Shown in pieces: positions 24,966-36,323 of a stretch of 64,000 bases of DNA. Position 1 is the first letter of the stretch. The number at the start of each line of letters is the position of its first letter. The notes under the pieces are model-generated. The model did not search any database. It was not told the DNA's origin and saw only the letters and a program-made list of their open reading frames with translations. This DNA comes from Setoptus koraiensis. Taxonomy: Eukaryota; Animalia; Arthropoda. A program made the position numbers and the translations under genes. The DNA lies in assembly GCA_048013815.1 (NCBI GenBank), contig CM106585.1:17980001-18044000 (forward strand). The letters run 5' to 3'.

Positions 24966-26420
24966 ATGGAGGCCCTCCGGGAGTTAAATATCAATGACAG
25001 AAAATTGGTCCCGATCAAGGATCTCACACCCGAAATCGCTGGCCAGAAGGTATGGGTGCGTGCGAGGGTGCATAATACAACAGGCCGAGGGAAGCAGGCC
25101 TTCATCATTCTCAGAAAGAAATATTTTACTGTCCAAGCCATCATCAGGGTTTCAGACACAATCACCGCGGACATGGTCAAATTCGCTAAATCGACGACCA
25201 AAGAGTCTATCATCGAAGTTTTTGGTTTGCTCAAGGAATCACCTGTTCGCATACAAGCATGTAGCCAACAGAACGTTGAATTGGAAATCATCAAGCTGAA
25301 CGTTGTCTCCGTGGCGGAAGCACGCCTTCCTTTACAGATTGAGGACGCAAGTCGGTCTCAAGCAGAGATAGAGGCCAAAATTGCGGAACTACGTGCAAAA
25401 GCTGGAGGGGATGATGAAATTCTGAAAATTACCGTCAACCAAGATACCAGACTCAATCATCGTCACATTGACTTGAGGACACCAACCAATCTTGCTATTT
25501 TTAGTGTCCAAGATGCTGTGGAAGATCTGTTCACTGGTGCATTGCGTAGCAGAGGTTTCAAGAAAATACATGCTCCCTCAATTATAGAAACAGCAAGTGA
25601 AGGTGGAGCCAACGTCTTCAAAGTCTCCTATTTCAAAAAGAATGCCTTCCTAGCTCAATCTCCTCAGCTCTATAAACAGATGGCGATCTCAGGCGATCAT
25701 GAACGAGTTTACGCTGTTGGTCCTGTATTTAGAGCGGAAGACTCCAACACCCACAGACATCTCACAGAGTTTATAGGCATGGATTTGGAGATGGAAATCG
25801 TAGATGACTACCATGAAGTGATCAAACTCATCGGCGATGTTTTTGTCGATATGTTTCGCGGTCTGCAACAAAAATACCAAACAGAAATAGATATTGTCAA
25901 CAAGCAATACCCGGCTGAACCATTTTTATTTTTAGAGGAAACTCTAGTGCTTAAGTTCCCCGATGCCATTTCGATGCTCAGAGATGCTGGAGAAGAGATT
26001 GGCGATGAGGATGATTTATCCACCCCACAAGAGAAGTTGTTGGGTAGAATAGTTAGAGAGAAATATCGCACCGACTTTTATGTTTTGGACAAATTTCCTT
26101 TAGCAGTGAGGCCTTTCTATACTATGCCTGACCAGGAAGATCCCAAATATTCTAAATCATATGATATGTTCATGAGAGGAGAGGAGGTTTTGTCTGGAGC
26201 ACAGCGTATAAACGATTACAATTTATTAGCCGAAAGGGCTAAGCATCACAAGATTGATGCCAAAACCATTGAGCCCTATTTGAATTCTTTCAGGCATGGA
26301 TGCTGGCCTCATGGTGGTGGAGGTATCGGCTTGGAGCGAGTGGTTATGCTTTTCTTGGGTCTGGATAATATCAGAAAGACATCCATGTTTCCGCGCGATC
26401 CAAAACGTTTAACACCTTAA
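24966..26420 (+). CDS. DARS1: Cytoplasmic aspartate--tRNA ligase (intronless CDS)
   Basis: OB-fold [76 protein letters not shown] and C-terminal [10 protein letters not shown]. Confidence 0.97.
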   Translation: MEALRELNINDRKLVPIKDLTPEIAGQKVWVRARVHNTTGRGKQAFIILRKKYFTVQAIIRVSDTITADMVKFAKSTTKESIIEVFGLLKESPVRIQACSQQNVELEIIKLNVVSVAEARLPLQIEDASRSQAEIEAKIAELRAKAGGDDEILKITVNQDTRLNHRHIDLRTPTNLAIFSVQDAVEDLFTGALRSRGFKKIHAPSIIETASEGGANVFKVSYFKKNAFLAQSPQLYKQMAISGDHERVYAVGPVFRAEDSNTHRHLTEFIGMDLEMEIVDDYHEVIKLIGDVFVDMFRGLQQKYQTEIDIVNKQYPAEPFLFLEETLVLKFPDAISMLRDAGEEIGDEDDLSTPQEKLLGRIVREKYRTDFYVLDKFPLAVRPFYTMPDQEDPKYSKSYDMFMRGEEVLSGAQRINDYNLLAERAKHHKIDAKTIEPYLNSFRHGCWPHGGGGIGLERVVMLFLGLDNIRKTSMFPRDPKRLTP

Positions 26421-26952
26421 CAATTGTAGGCGAATATATGTGCTGGGCATCCCACGGTACAGCAATCGTTCCTGTAAAATAGTCGAGTTTATCGTATTAG
26501 AACTGTTCCGTCGAAAGAACTTTCTGAAAAGTCTCTTGATAGTACTTACGCTATTTTCGATATTGGCTCAGATTTGGAAGATCCTTGTTGTATTTAAGAT
26601 AAAGAACAATTTTTAAAGTTAAGAGAGATATATCCGAATCATGTTCAACATCTCAATATCAACGCTATTCTGACTTACTTGTAATTCTTATGTTCCCGGA
26701 TTTCGTCATCTTAATGTCGGAGTTTTTCGCTCGCTTATATACCATGCATGCCCGAGAGATAACTGTCTTGAGTTCTTTACTATCGCACACCTTGATTAAG
26801 ACATTGCCCTCAACAAAGATGCCTGCCCGTTGGTGGCTAGACAAGATCAGCACCACGCAACAGTATAATAGCATTAATGTTTTTAATTGGGCCCATCGGG
26901 ATCCAGTACGATCAGTTCGACATTCAGATCGGCTTGATGTGAAAGGTTGCAT
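26417..26952 (-). CDS. Insulin-like peptide precursor (gonadulin/ILP8-like B-chain spacing); 3 exons: 26952(or 26874)-26679, 26583-26550, 26471-26417
   Basis: Signal peptide [14 protein letters not shown] chain [21 protein letters not shown]. Canonical GTAAGT..AG introns keep the frame. The last exon encodes [17 protein letters not shown], the exact insulin A-chain CC-x3-C-x8-C motif. Confidence 0.9.
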
Positions 26953-28984
26953 TTCATAGGTCTGAATAAGCTTCCAATAACAGACGATGAAATACTGACA
27001 AACGAGTCTCAGTAATTGATATAAATATGTTGATAGCTGTTCAAGTTTGATGGATCAGGTTGATTATTGAATACCAATTTTTATTATACATACAAATTTG
27101 TATCATCAACCTACTGATTTCTTTGTAGAGTTTTGCTTCCCTGATCAGAAGGATATTTTGATACTCACGCACTTCATTACACTCATTAATAGTATGGTGA
27201 AGGTATGTCTGTTGATTTCGCTTGCCTTCTTACTTGAAACTTCAGCTCAATCCGAGGCGAGATAAAGTGAAACACTTACCGTTGATATGTCTACATCAGA
27301 GTAATCAATAGTGAAAATGTAAAGCTTTCATTCAAGTGCTGTATATCGAATGAACAGAAGTTGTGGATGCAAGTGGTGAACAGTATAGATTATGGAATTA
27401 GGTTAATTATATGGGCACCTGACGACGAAGTTGTAGCTTTTGTTCCATATGAGGGCTAACGTGAAATGTAAAATCCATTTCAGCAGATACACGGTATTAA
27501 TCATTTATAAAAAGTAATATGATTAAACAAACTAATGAACAACAAACTAATAGCAGAAAATAACAACAATGATCCCAATAGATTTTTCTATTCCTATCGA
27601 GATAGAAACAGGAAGCGATATCTCCATTGGGAGATGCTAATCAGAACGTTATTTTGCACGTTCATGTACAATTGACCCACATGTACTGATGCTAATTAGT
27701 GAAAAACTAGGTCAATCAATGTATTCGAACTAATCAAATTTATCTGCAAGCAATTGACCGTATTTTGGCAGCCGTTTTGTTCCAGGTGTTGTAATCCTGA
27801 GTTTCTCTACAATTAAAATTAATCAGCTTATCAAGTTTTATGATATTCAATTATAAAAATGCGAACATCAAAAACACACTTGTGTCTAATAGACTTTATG
27901 TACTCATTTTCTAATATTTCCAATTGCAAATTGATTTTTTTCTCATCCACATACGATTAAAAGAGGCCAACTCTGTTAGAGTGGCACCCAATCCAAACTG
28001 AATTCGATGAAAAATTGTTTCCCTTCCCGAGATAAAGCGAAAACTTGATCCCAAGTTTTACATTGTGATGATCTCGATCACGAAGGAAGCTACTCCTCAC
28101 AGGGACTCTAACGGTTGCGTGCGACTCGTGGCATTCAAAGCACGTTGCATAATGAGATGCCCTTCGCATCGATTCTAGCTTCCTCAAAACAGTTACTTTT
28201 CACTGGAAAGCTATCAGTAACCGATTACTTATTAGTTGCTATCACCAGTCCATAACAATTTTCCCCTACTTAGCTTACCGATATTACAATGAACATTCAA
28301 TATCATTCTATGAAACTCGGCCTCGATCGAACAATCTTATGTGCATCAAAGTGCTTACATCGAATCATTGAGAAATTGTAGAGATTGTCCAGTGGAAGTC
28401 TCGAATGATACATGCTTACAGAGCGTGTGTTTCATACAGAAGTGGTGCCCCTACCGAACCAAGAGTTGGATGTTAACTCTATCTTGATTGGATCACAACT
28501 CTCTCGTTAATTATAATGAGCTTACAATATATACTAAAATATAACAAGTGATAATGTAGCATAAATGACAAGTCATTCGATAGTCTTATAAAGAGCGGAC
28601 CTCCATACAAGTCATCCTAGTATCTCACGTAAGAACTCACCACGCGTTAACGTGGTGAGTTCCACCATTGAATACCCCAACATTTGGATGATCAAATGTT
28701 GAGTTTTATCTCCACATGTTGTAATATATATACGACGACGTGTCGAAATGTTTGTTCTAGCTTTTTAAGGGGCGACCTCTGTTGCAACTTGTAGGACCAT
28801 CACAAAATTTTCATCTATTCGAATTTCGCGCAACATACCTTTATGGATACATTTTCCAGACAAGGGAATCTTGCGGGACGTGGAAGTATCCCACGATATC
28901 CTTGGACCTAAATTGATATACAATCCAATCACAGTCGCTTGACCTTTTAGTCATAGCAGATATATCAATACTTTCTGTTTCAGA

Positions 28985-30508
28985 ATGAGCGCTGCCAGAT
29001 TGGCCTCTGCGGCCAAAAAGACCATTGTCATCCCAAATAGAATTCAGCGTGGACCAACTGATATCCTCAAGGCCTTGTCATCGACAGTGATACCTAGCCA
29101 AGCTAAATATGCACCCTTCATGACAGATGAACCCTTTCTCAGAATCAGAGGTGTCAAAGCAACAGCCCTTGCTAAAATATCAGGAATAAAAACTGCCAAG
29201 TTAATCCTCAATGAGCATCCTGAAATATTTAAAAGAGATGAGTCAGAGCCCAAAGTGGAAGATTTTCAGGCGCCCGAACTATTCACAGAAGATATGGACT
29301 TGAATGAAACAGATCTTAGGTGGTGTATCGAACACGTTGACGTAAAAAATGCAATCACAGCCTACAATGTAATGAAATCTAGAAATATCGAGATCGACAC
29401 AACTATCCTACAAGAGTTCTTTGAACTGATATGTTACTACAACGAGTCAAACCCGCCAACAAGCGAAGAGGTTATAGAGATGCATCTAGGGCAACAAAGT
29501 CTATCAGGTAAATCGGATTGGAATAAGGATGGTGTGGCCGAAAAGGTATTCATCGAGTTGAAGGAAAGAGGAGATAAAGTCAAAGCTTACAACACAATAA
29601 TTTTGGGTCTCTCTAAGCATGGTCAATCATCGAGGGCTCATCAGTACTTTCAAGAAATGAACGAGCAGAAACTTGCTGCCTGTGTCGATGTTTACAATTG
29701 CTTAATTAAAAGTCTACATGGAGAGAGTCGGCAACCACGAAATGTAGACAAGACTGAAGATAGCGTTGTAGATAATCAGTTACTGAAACTCATTCAACAA
29801 ATGAATGAAGAGAATGTAACCCCAAATAGACAAACATTCAACATACTACTGAGAAAACACTTGTATAACGGTCCTAGGCACGATACTAAACATCCTATCA
29901 GACTATTCAATGAGATGGTCTCGTTAAATATACAACCGTCGTTGACGACATATAAGATTTTGCTAGAAAATCTATTCAATCAAGATCGAGGTGATCAGGA
30001 TCTCATTAGAAGCACCATCGTGAAAATAGTTGATACTATTAAGTCAAAACGCCACTCAATAGTGACGCTTCAAGATGACCAAGACAGGTATTTCTTCCCG
30101 TTCTTGATGAATCAGCTTAAGTTCAACATGAGGGATCCTGAGTTGGCCAAAAAAGTGCATTCTGCTTTCATGGCGAGCCCATCATTGAGCGCAAACACGT
30201 CCACTTATTACACTAACTTACTCGAAATATCCTTCACCACTGATACAATGGAAAATTCAATAAGTCTTTATGAGGAGATAGTGCCATACCTCTATAGTCC
30301 GACTAAAGAAGTTTTCGAAGCCATCATCGAGGCACTGGAACTCTTTGGGGGAAACGAGAGCTTTAGGAATAGAATAATTGATGATCTGAGGCAGTTTGAC
30401 AAAGACAGTATAAAAAATATCTCACTTTTGATAAAGGATTACAAACCATCCGTAGACGCGCGATACATGTCTAAACACGTAACGAGGGGACACAGAAATG
30501 AGAAGTAG
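28985..30508 (+). CDS. PTCD3: Pentatricopeptide repeat protein PTCD3 / mitoribosomal small-subunit protein mS39 (intronless CDS)
   Basis: N-terminal IVIPNRIQRGPTDILKALSSTV motif typical of arthropod PTCD3. PPR-like repeats (AYNTIILGLSKHG, VYNCLIKSL, PNRQTFNILL, PSLTTYKILL). Confidence 0.85.
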   Translation: MSAARLASAAKKTIVIPNRIQRGPTDILKALSSTVIPSQAKYAPFMTDEPFLRIRGVKATALAKISGIKTAKLILNEHPEIFKRDESEPKVEDFQAPELFTEDMDLNETDLRWCIEHVDVKNAITAYNVMKSRNIEIDTTILQEFFELICYYNESNPPTSEEVIEMHLGQQSLSGKSDWNKDGVAEKVFIELKERGDKVKAYNTIILGLSKHGQSSRAHQYFQEMNEQKLAACVDVYNCLIKSLHGESRQPRNVDKTEDSVVDNQLLKLIQQMNEENVTPNRQTFNILLRKHLYNGPRHDTKHPIRLFNEMVSLNIQPSLTTYKILLENLFNQDRGDQDLIRSTIVKIVDTIKSKRHSIVTLQDDQDRYFFPFLMNQLKFNMRDPELAKKVHSAFMASPSLSANTSTYYTNLLEISFTTDTMENSISLYEEIVPYLYSPTKEVFEAIIEALELFGGNESFRNRIIDDLRQFDKDSIKNISLLIKDYKPSVDARYMSKHVTRGHRNEK

Positions 30509-30574
30509 GCGAAAGAAACTGTTGAATGCAATAATGTAAGATTTATGTCAAATATAAATATATTATCATTACAA

Positions 30575-31480
30575 CTATTTCTTATTAGGTTTGATGATAG
30601 CTTTCATTTTACACAACTTGCGTTTTTTATACATAGCCTGCATTTGAGGTGGAGGAGAAAGTTTTGCACGATTTTCTCCGAGTCGCTTTATCCGCTTATT
30701 ACAGGCTTTAAGCTTCGACATTATGTCGGATCCAGTGAAATTTCTCTTCCATAGAGCATGAAACAAATCCAGCTCACGTCCAGTAAAGTGAGGAAAGGCA
30801 TCAGAATGAAAACGTGCAGAACATTTTGTCTTCATTGAGTATTGATGAGTCTTCAAGATCGTCAATAGTAATGCCAATTGTACTGGGGTCCATCCAGGAT
30901 AGATCGAACTCGTCGAAGATCGATAGCGCATCATCACACCCTGTTCCTTCTGCCGAGGTACATTAACAAGCGCTGCAGTCTCGATGGGTGCATCAGATGT
31001 TCTATGTGGGTCTTGCGATTTGTCCTTTTCTAACTCTGGTAATGTGATTGGATTGTCGATTTCGCCGGCGCTGTTGTTGCAACTGTCTGATGCCGGTGTT
31101 GTCGTTGAGGTTATTGGTGCGTTTTCTTTTAGCTCATTACGGTTTTTCGACTCATGTAAAGCTAATCGTTTGCGCAATCGTTCATTTTCTGACCTCAAGA
31201 TTCTGTTCTCCTCCTCTAGTTTGTCCACCATGGCTCTCTTTTTGTCTCTAGCAGTTTGCGCCGCAATTCTATTTTTCATCTTTCTTCGTAGCATCTTTTC
31301 GGCTTGTGTTAGATGATCAAGACGCTGGCGTGTTCTTTTACGCACCAATTGATTATTGTTTTGTTGCATGATTGTGCTCTCGACATTGGCACCATAAATT
31401 GAAGACTGTTTGGTGTCGTCGTCCGACGATAACATGTAGTCATCGTCGTGACTGCTCAGGCTACCTGCCAAAGAGGGCAT
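30575..31480 (-). CDS. XBP1: X-box binding protein 1 (bZIP); unspliced form 301 aa, predicted spliced form 218 aa (stop at 30801-30803)
   Basis: bZIP RKRTRQRLDHLTQAEKMLRRKMKNRIAAQTARDKKRA. An IRE1-type intron is present. The unspliced tail carries an HR2-like hydrophobic segment (WTPVQLALLLTIL). Confidence 0.93.
   Translation of the reverse strand: MPSLAGSLSSHDDDYMLSSDDDTKQSSIYGANVESTIMQQNNNQLVRKRTRQRLDHLTQAEKMLRRKMKNRIAAQTARDKKRAMVDKLEEENRILRSENERLRKRLALHESKNRNELKENAPITSTTTPASDSCNNSAGEIDNPITLPELEKDKSQDPHRTSDAPIETAALVNVPRQKEQGVMMRYRSSTSSIYPGWTPVQLALLLTILKTHQYSMKTKCSARFHSDAFPHFTGRELDLFHALWKRNFTGSDIMSKLKACNKRIKRLGENRAKLSPPPQMQAMYKKRKLCKMKAIIKPNKK
30953..30975 (-). promoter_or_regulatory. 23-nt non-canonical IRE1-cleaved intron of XBP1 mRNA
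   Basis: mRNA sequence GAGACUG^CAGCGCUUGUUAAUGUACCUCGG^CAGAAGG. Both cut sites are CNG^CNG motifs in hairpin loops (CGAG-ACUGCAGCG-CUUG; CCU-CGGCAGA-AGG), 23 nt apart. Confidence 0.9.
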
Positions 31481-32141
31481 TTTTAGATGGACACTTGTCT
31501 TTTCTTTTTGTTGGTTAGTATGTTTTCAATTAATTGATTGATTTGAATGTAAAATATGACGATATGATTATGAACTAATATTACTGAAATTGTCTCCGTT
31601 TAGCTTGATACGTGCTTGTTAAATTACCGATTGATTGACAATATTTTGATGATCATCAACTGTTATCGTATTCAGGTGGCAACTTTGAAGTTTGTATCAG
31701 AGTGATTTGTGATTTCTGGTTGTGATTTGTTTTGACTGTAGGTCTGATTCTGATCGACGAGAACATCTATTTGTTATGATGATGTTATTCATAAGATGCG
31801 ATGTGACTTTGTATAGTGGCAAACTATCAAATACATGTAGGTCTGTCTACTGCTGAAGTAGCGATAAAACACGATCTAGTCCGTAGGTAGACATTTGGGT
31901 TGGGCCAATTGTTAGTCTACATGGTATAATATTGTTTATGTATCATTGTACATAGCAAAGAAATACATGGAGAGGAATTATTTCCAAGAGAAACAGTTCA
32001 GTTTCAATTGGGAATCCATAACATGAATCACCTTAGCGAGGTGAATGAATCTGTGATACAATTCTTGCGTTTATCCAACAGATCGCTAATGATGAATCAT
32101 CACAACAACTCGCCGTATAAACAGTATGACTCATAGCAATA

Positions 32142-32564
32142 CCGGGTGTCCCACACCAAACTGTCTAACTTTTTTCTAGAATAACTTCCGATCCCCACGG
32201 TAGGGGGCGCTCAAACTTCTTTTTCAAAGAATATGAGTCAAAGGTAATCTGTTGGCAATGATTTCACAATTGTTTGGTAAGGACTCCATCATTGTGCGCT
32301 GCGAAAAGTTTTGATACATTCCCAATAGCAAAGGTACATTCCCGCTGAATTCTGAGCGGATGCGCAGTTTTTCAGGAAGTTTTTACACCAAAAATTCTCT
32401 ATTCAATCGTGTTATGAGTCTATGGCGCGGCTTATAATTGTGAAATCATTGCCAACAGATTACCTTTGACTCATATTCTTCGAAAAAAAGTTTGAGCGCC
32501 CCCTACCGTGGGGATCAGAAGTTATTCTAGAAAAAAGTTAGACAGTTTGGTGTGGGACACTCTG
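32142..32564. mobile_element. Non-autonomous Tc1/mariner-superfamily MITE, 423 bp, with about 130-bp terminal inverted repeats and a TA target-site duplication
   Basis: TA|CCGGGTGTCCCACACCAAAC...GTTTGGTGTGGGACACTCTG|TA. TIRs 32142-32271 and 32436-32564 are near-perfect. No transposase ORF. Confidence 0.9.
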
Positions 32565-34140
32565 TACATGTAAAGCATAGCTGTTTCCAGATTGTTCTTT
32601 TCAGCTATTCAATTCTACTAAACATTGCGCACTAAGAACTGCGCGCTGGCAAGCGCCAAATTTAAAGGCCAAATACGAAAAATTGTGTCATCAACTATGT
32701 TTCATAGCTGTTTATCTGTTTATCCGAAAGTAAATCGTTAGTTTTATTGATAGTATTGATTTCAATCTGTTACTCATTAACGACATCCGAACATGCCGAA
32801 AACTACATGCGAACGCTCTCAAGATTATTCGAATGCTCGACTGGTCCCCTAGAGAGTCTGTATTTGTTTCATTGCACTCGTGATAAATCATTTTTAGTGT
32901 CGCTTACCTTGCCTTTCTACCAGACAAAATCACAAATTAGCGTCGTAGGGCCCGGTTCTCTAAAGGTTTTATGTAACAGTTTAAGGCAAAACCAACGAAA
33001 ACAGCGTTGCTATTAACTGTACTGGACTTGGAATCCGGTCAGTAGAGAGAATAAACAATAACAGGTAGGCAGTAAAAAGCATCTACCTGTCGGATATGCA
33101 ACTCGTGGCAAGATCTTTGTGATCGATGGAAACAATCGAACAGTTTCTAATTTTGAGTTTGCTAAATTTGAGTAAACAAGAGAGAACGTAGAAATAAAGA
33201 AAACGAGAGGCAATTCTTTTGGTTTGAGGGATAGGACACAACGTTTCTTCTTGTCTGGGGAGTTCTGAACATTCTCGCTAAGGCAAGTCGTAACTTTCCA
33301 GTTTGCGTGCGATTTGTTGATGTTGATTATGATGTCAATATAGATAGGCATGAATAACCAAGCATATACAATGCAATACAGTACATTTCACATTTCCGGC
33401 ATCGTGATATTGTTATGGGTTTTTTGTCGCTTTTGCAAATAAACTACTACTATACAATGTAATGTAATAGATTTGGCACCAACATTAAGTAGTTTAGTGG
33501 ATAATTTACCGAGCTTACATGTGTTAGTTACTGTAGATTATTCAAATTTACTCAGACAACAATTCGCTACTCTCTACTATGTGCAACGAGAATGTCCACT
33601 GTAGGTTGAAACAGGTTCAATTGTACTTGAGCGATACTTGTTCTTAGAAAACTGTTCACTCTAATACTAGATATTTTTTACTAAATTGTGATTACATTAT
33701 TTGGCGCACGTTGACTTAACCGTGACCTCTAAAGTCTCCACTTGCTGTGGCAAACAACGAGACACCTATTGTCAGTGGTAGTTTCCTGCTATCTAATCTT
33801 GCAAGTAGCATAAACAATTACTTGATTGGTGGTGAGCTGACTGGTAATCCTGAGAACACTGCCCATAAATTTTGATTTGAATCGGGTTGTGGAAAAAATA
33901 GAATTCCTTCACGAGGTAGAACAACTTGGGAGTTTCCCAGAGTCAGAACACAGCGATAATGCCAAGATATAAAAGCAAACTGAACTGTGCCATTATGAAC
34001 ATTCAGTAATTAGTGTTATAATTAGAAGCAAACAAAAAACTTTTTTATACATTCTAGTGTTTAGTTCATGAGTGCAAACAAATCATCAGGTTAATAGATG
34101 AGAAAGCTGATTTTTTCAACTTAATCAAATCAACAGCATC

Positions 34141-35178
34141 ATGAATCGTCTTCATCAAATCAACATCATTAGCGTCCACCAGGTAAGTGTTGTGTGCAAG
34201 TTCATTAGGAATCATCAATTTTTTATACACGTGTAGTTATTGCTGACATTAACTCGAGTAACATCATTTAAACTGTAGCTATTGAAAACGATCGCATTAT
34301 CATCATTACTGATTGTACACACCATCAATAATGTCGCAAATGGCCAAGGCGAGGGGTTGGGTGACATTGGAGGACTTGGAGATCTAGGCGGCCTGGGCGG
34401 AGGTGGAGATCAAGGTGGATCAGGGTAAATAAGTAAAAAAAACAATTAGATCGTTACGTTTCAACCTCAGGAGAAGTATAATATCTGATATTTTCCATTT
34501 TTAACTTCAATCCGTGCCATCACAAATATAAAAAGTAAATACAAGATTAGATAGGTTCACTGGAATGTTGGGCGTTCAAAAGAGTCCATGCCTATTGGAA
34601 CGAATATCCTTTATTCATCCTTCCACAACAACAACTGAATTCTAACTAGAACCATTGATTGATAAGACGATTTCTCCGATTTAGGTGGTGATCTAGGCGG
34701 AGGCCAGGGAGGCCAGCAGCAGGACTTTGGTCAGTTCACGGGTGGCCAGAGTGGCGGCCAAGACTTTGGTCAATTCGGCGGTGGCGGTCAAGATGGCGGC
34801 ATTGGTGGACAAGACTTCGGACAGGGCGGTTTCGGTGGCAACCAACAAGGTGGCGGAAATCCTTTGGCTCAATTTGGTGGCGGCCAAGGCGGAGGCAATC
34901 AACTCTTGAATCAATTTGGTGGAGGAAGAGGCGGTAATCCATTGGGTCAGTTTGGTGGTCAGGGCGGGGGCAATCCATTTGGACAGTTGATCGGTGGCTT
35001 AAATCCGCTAGGCCAGCTCGGAGGTGGCGGAAACCCGTTGGGTCAATTGGCGGGTGGCCTCAATCCGTTGGGTCAACTCGGTGGCGGTGGTGGCGGTAAT
35101 CCGTTGGCACAACTAGGTGGTGGCCTGAACCCATTGGGACAATTAGGTGGCGGTGGATTACCTAACTTGTTCGGTTGA
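34141..35178 (+). CDS. Secreted glycine-rich repeat protein; about 3 exons, exact junctions uncertain
   Basis: ATG at 34141 with donor CAG|GTAAGT. Exon 2 (about 34281-34420) encodes a signal-like LLKTIALSSLLIVHTINNVANG followed by GDLGGLGG. The last exon (about 34685-35178) has GGQDFGQ and GG(G/L)NPLGQL repeats. Confidence 0.7.
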
Positions 35179-36323
35179 GATCATTACATTTTGTCAATGC
35201 TAATTTAATTACATCATCATCACTATCATCATGTAGATTGTGTCTACATCGATAGTTGTATCTCTTCATCAATGATTTATCTTTGGTATTAGATAACAAA
35301 GCTGATCATATTCATCAAATATTAAATAAAGCGGCCATTTTTTTCGTTACATGTATACGAGTTTACAGTATCTATAAAAAAGAAGGGAAGAATGCAAAAA
35401 GAAGGGGAAACAAGCTGAAAAAATAAGTACAAATCTGTGAAAAGTATCTATGGCTTATAACAAATTGTTGATCTCGTTAGTTCAATTTTGATCATGTTTT
35501 TGCTAACAAAACCATGATTGTTGCTGCTTGCTTCTGTTGCCTACAAGCGAAAAGAATGTTGCTGATATCGGCGGTAACCTGCGTCACATTGCATAGTGGA
35601 ATTGCATAATATATGTCACTTGTCAATAGAAGCCATATCTATAGTTGGTAGCGATTCCGTATAGTCTCGAATAAATCACTCAATCGGCACTGAGGTTAAT
35701 GTCCATGGCGAATGGATTCTCCAATCCGAATGAAGCCAGGCAAAATGGAAAGGATGTCTTTTTATACGTCTGAAATTTGTCACGATGAATGTGAAGGTTA
35801 GCCTAGAAGTGTAGTATATTATTTTTAGTTTGCAGCAACAATTAAAGGATTACCTATAGCTCCTAGCTAGCTGATTGGCGCATTAAGACTTGCTGCTTAT
35901 CGTCGTATTGTATGAGCAAAATATGAACAATAAAAATGACAATAAACACTCAGAACAGACTTGTTTATTGAATCACAATGGAATACTTGAGCTCCAGGTG
36001 AGAGAAACTAATCCTTAGAAGAAAAAAGAAAATCCGTCTGACGTAAGTAATCCAATTTGCAATGCAATGATGGTAGAACAATAAGTCAACTGATTATTGA
36101 CAACTCCGATGATGGATATGGCTCGAAATCTATCCTTTCGAGAGCTATATAAACATAACAAAAACATTCAAATGATCGCAGTTAAAGAAAGAAACAAAGA
36201 ACCCAAAAAAGAACTGGATCAAATCTAAGTCATTTATTCATTGTTGTTGTCGTTCATTTAGTGTTGCTCATAGTGGCAATTAATGTTTTACAAATATAGA
36301 TACCAACAAGATATCACGTAACT

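Noticed and set aside
26665-26679. ORF-track stops at 26665 (ILP), 42989 (AVL9) and 41912 (Q-rich gene)
   Set aside because: Each lies in or just after a GTAAGT donor. Spliced continuation restores conserved sequence (ILP, AVL9) or an open frame (Q-rich gene).
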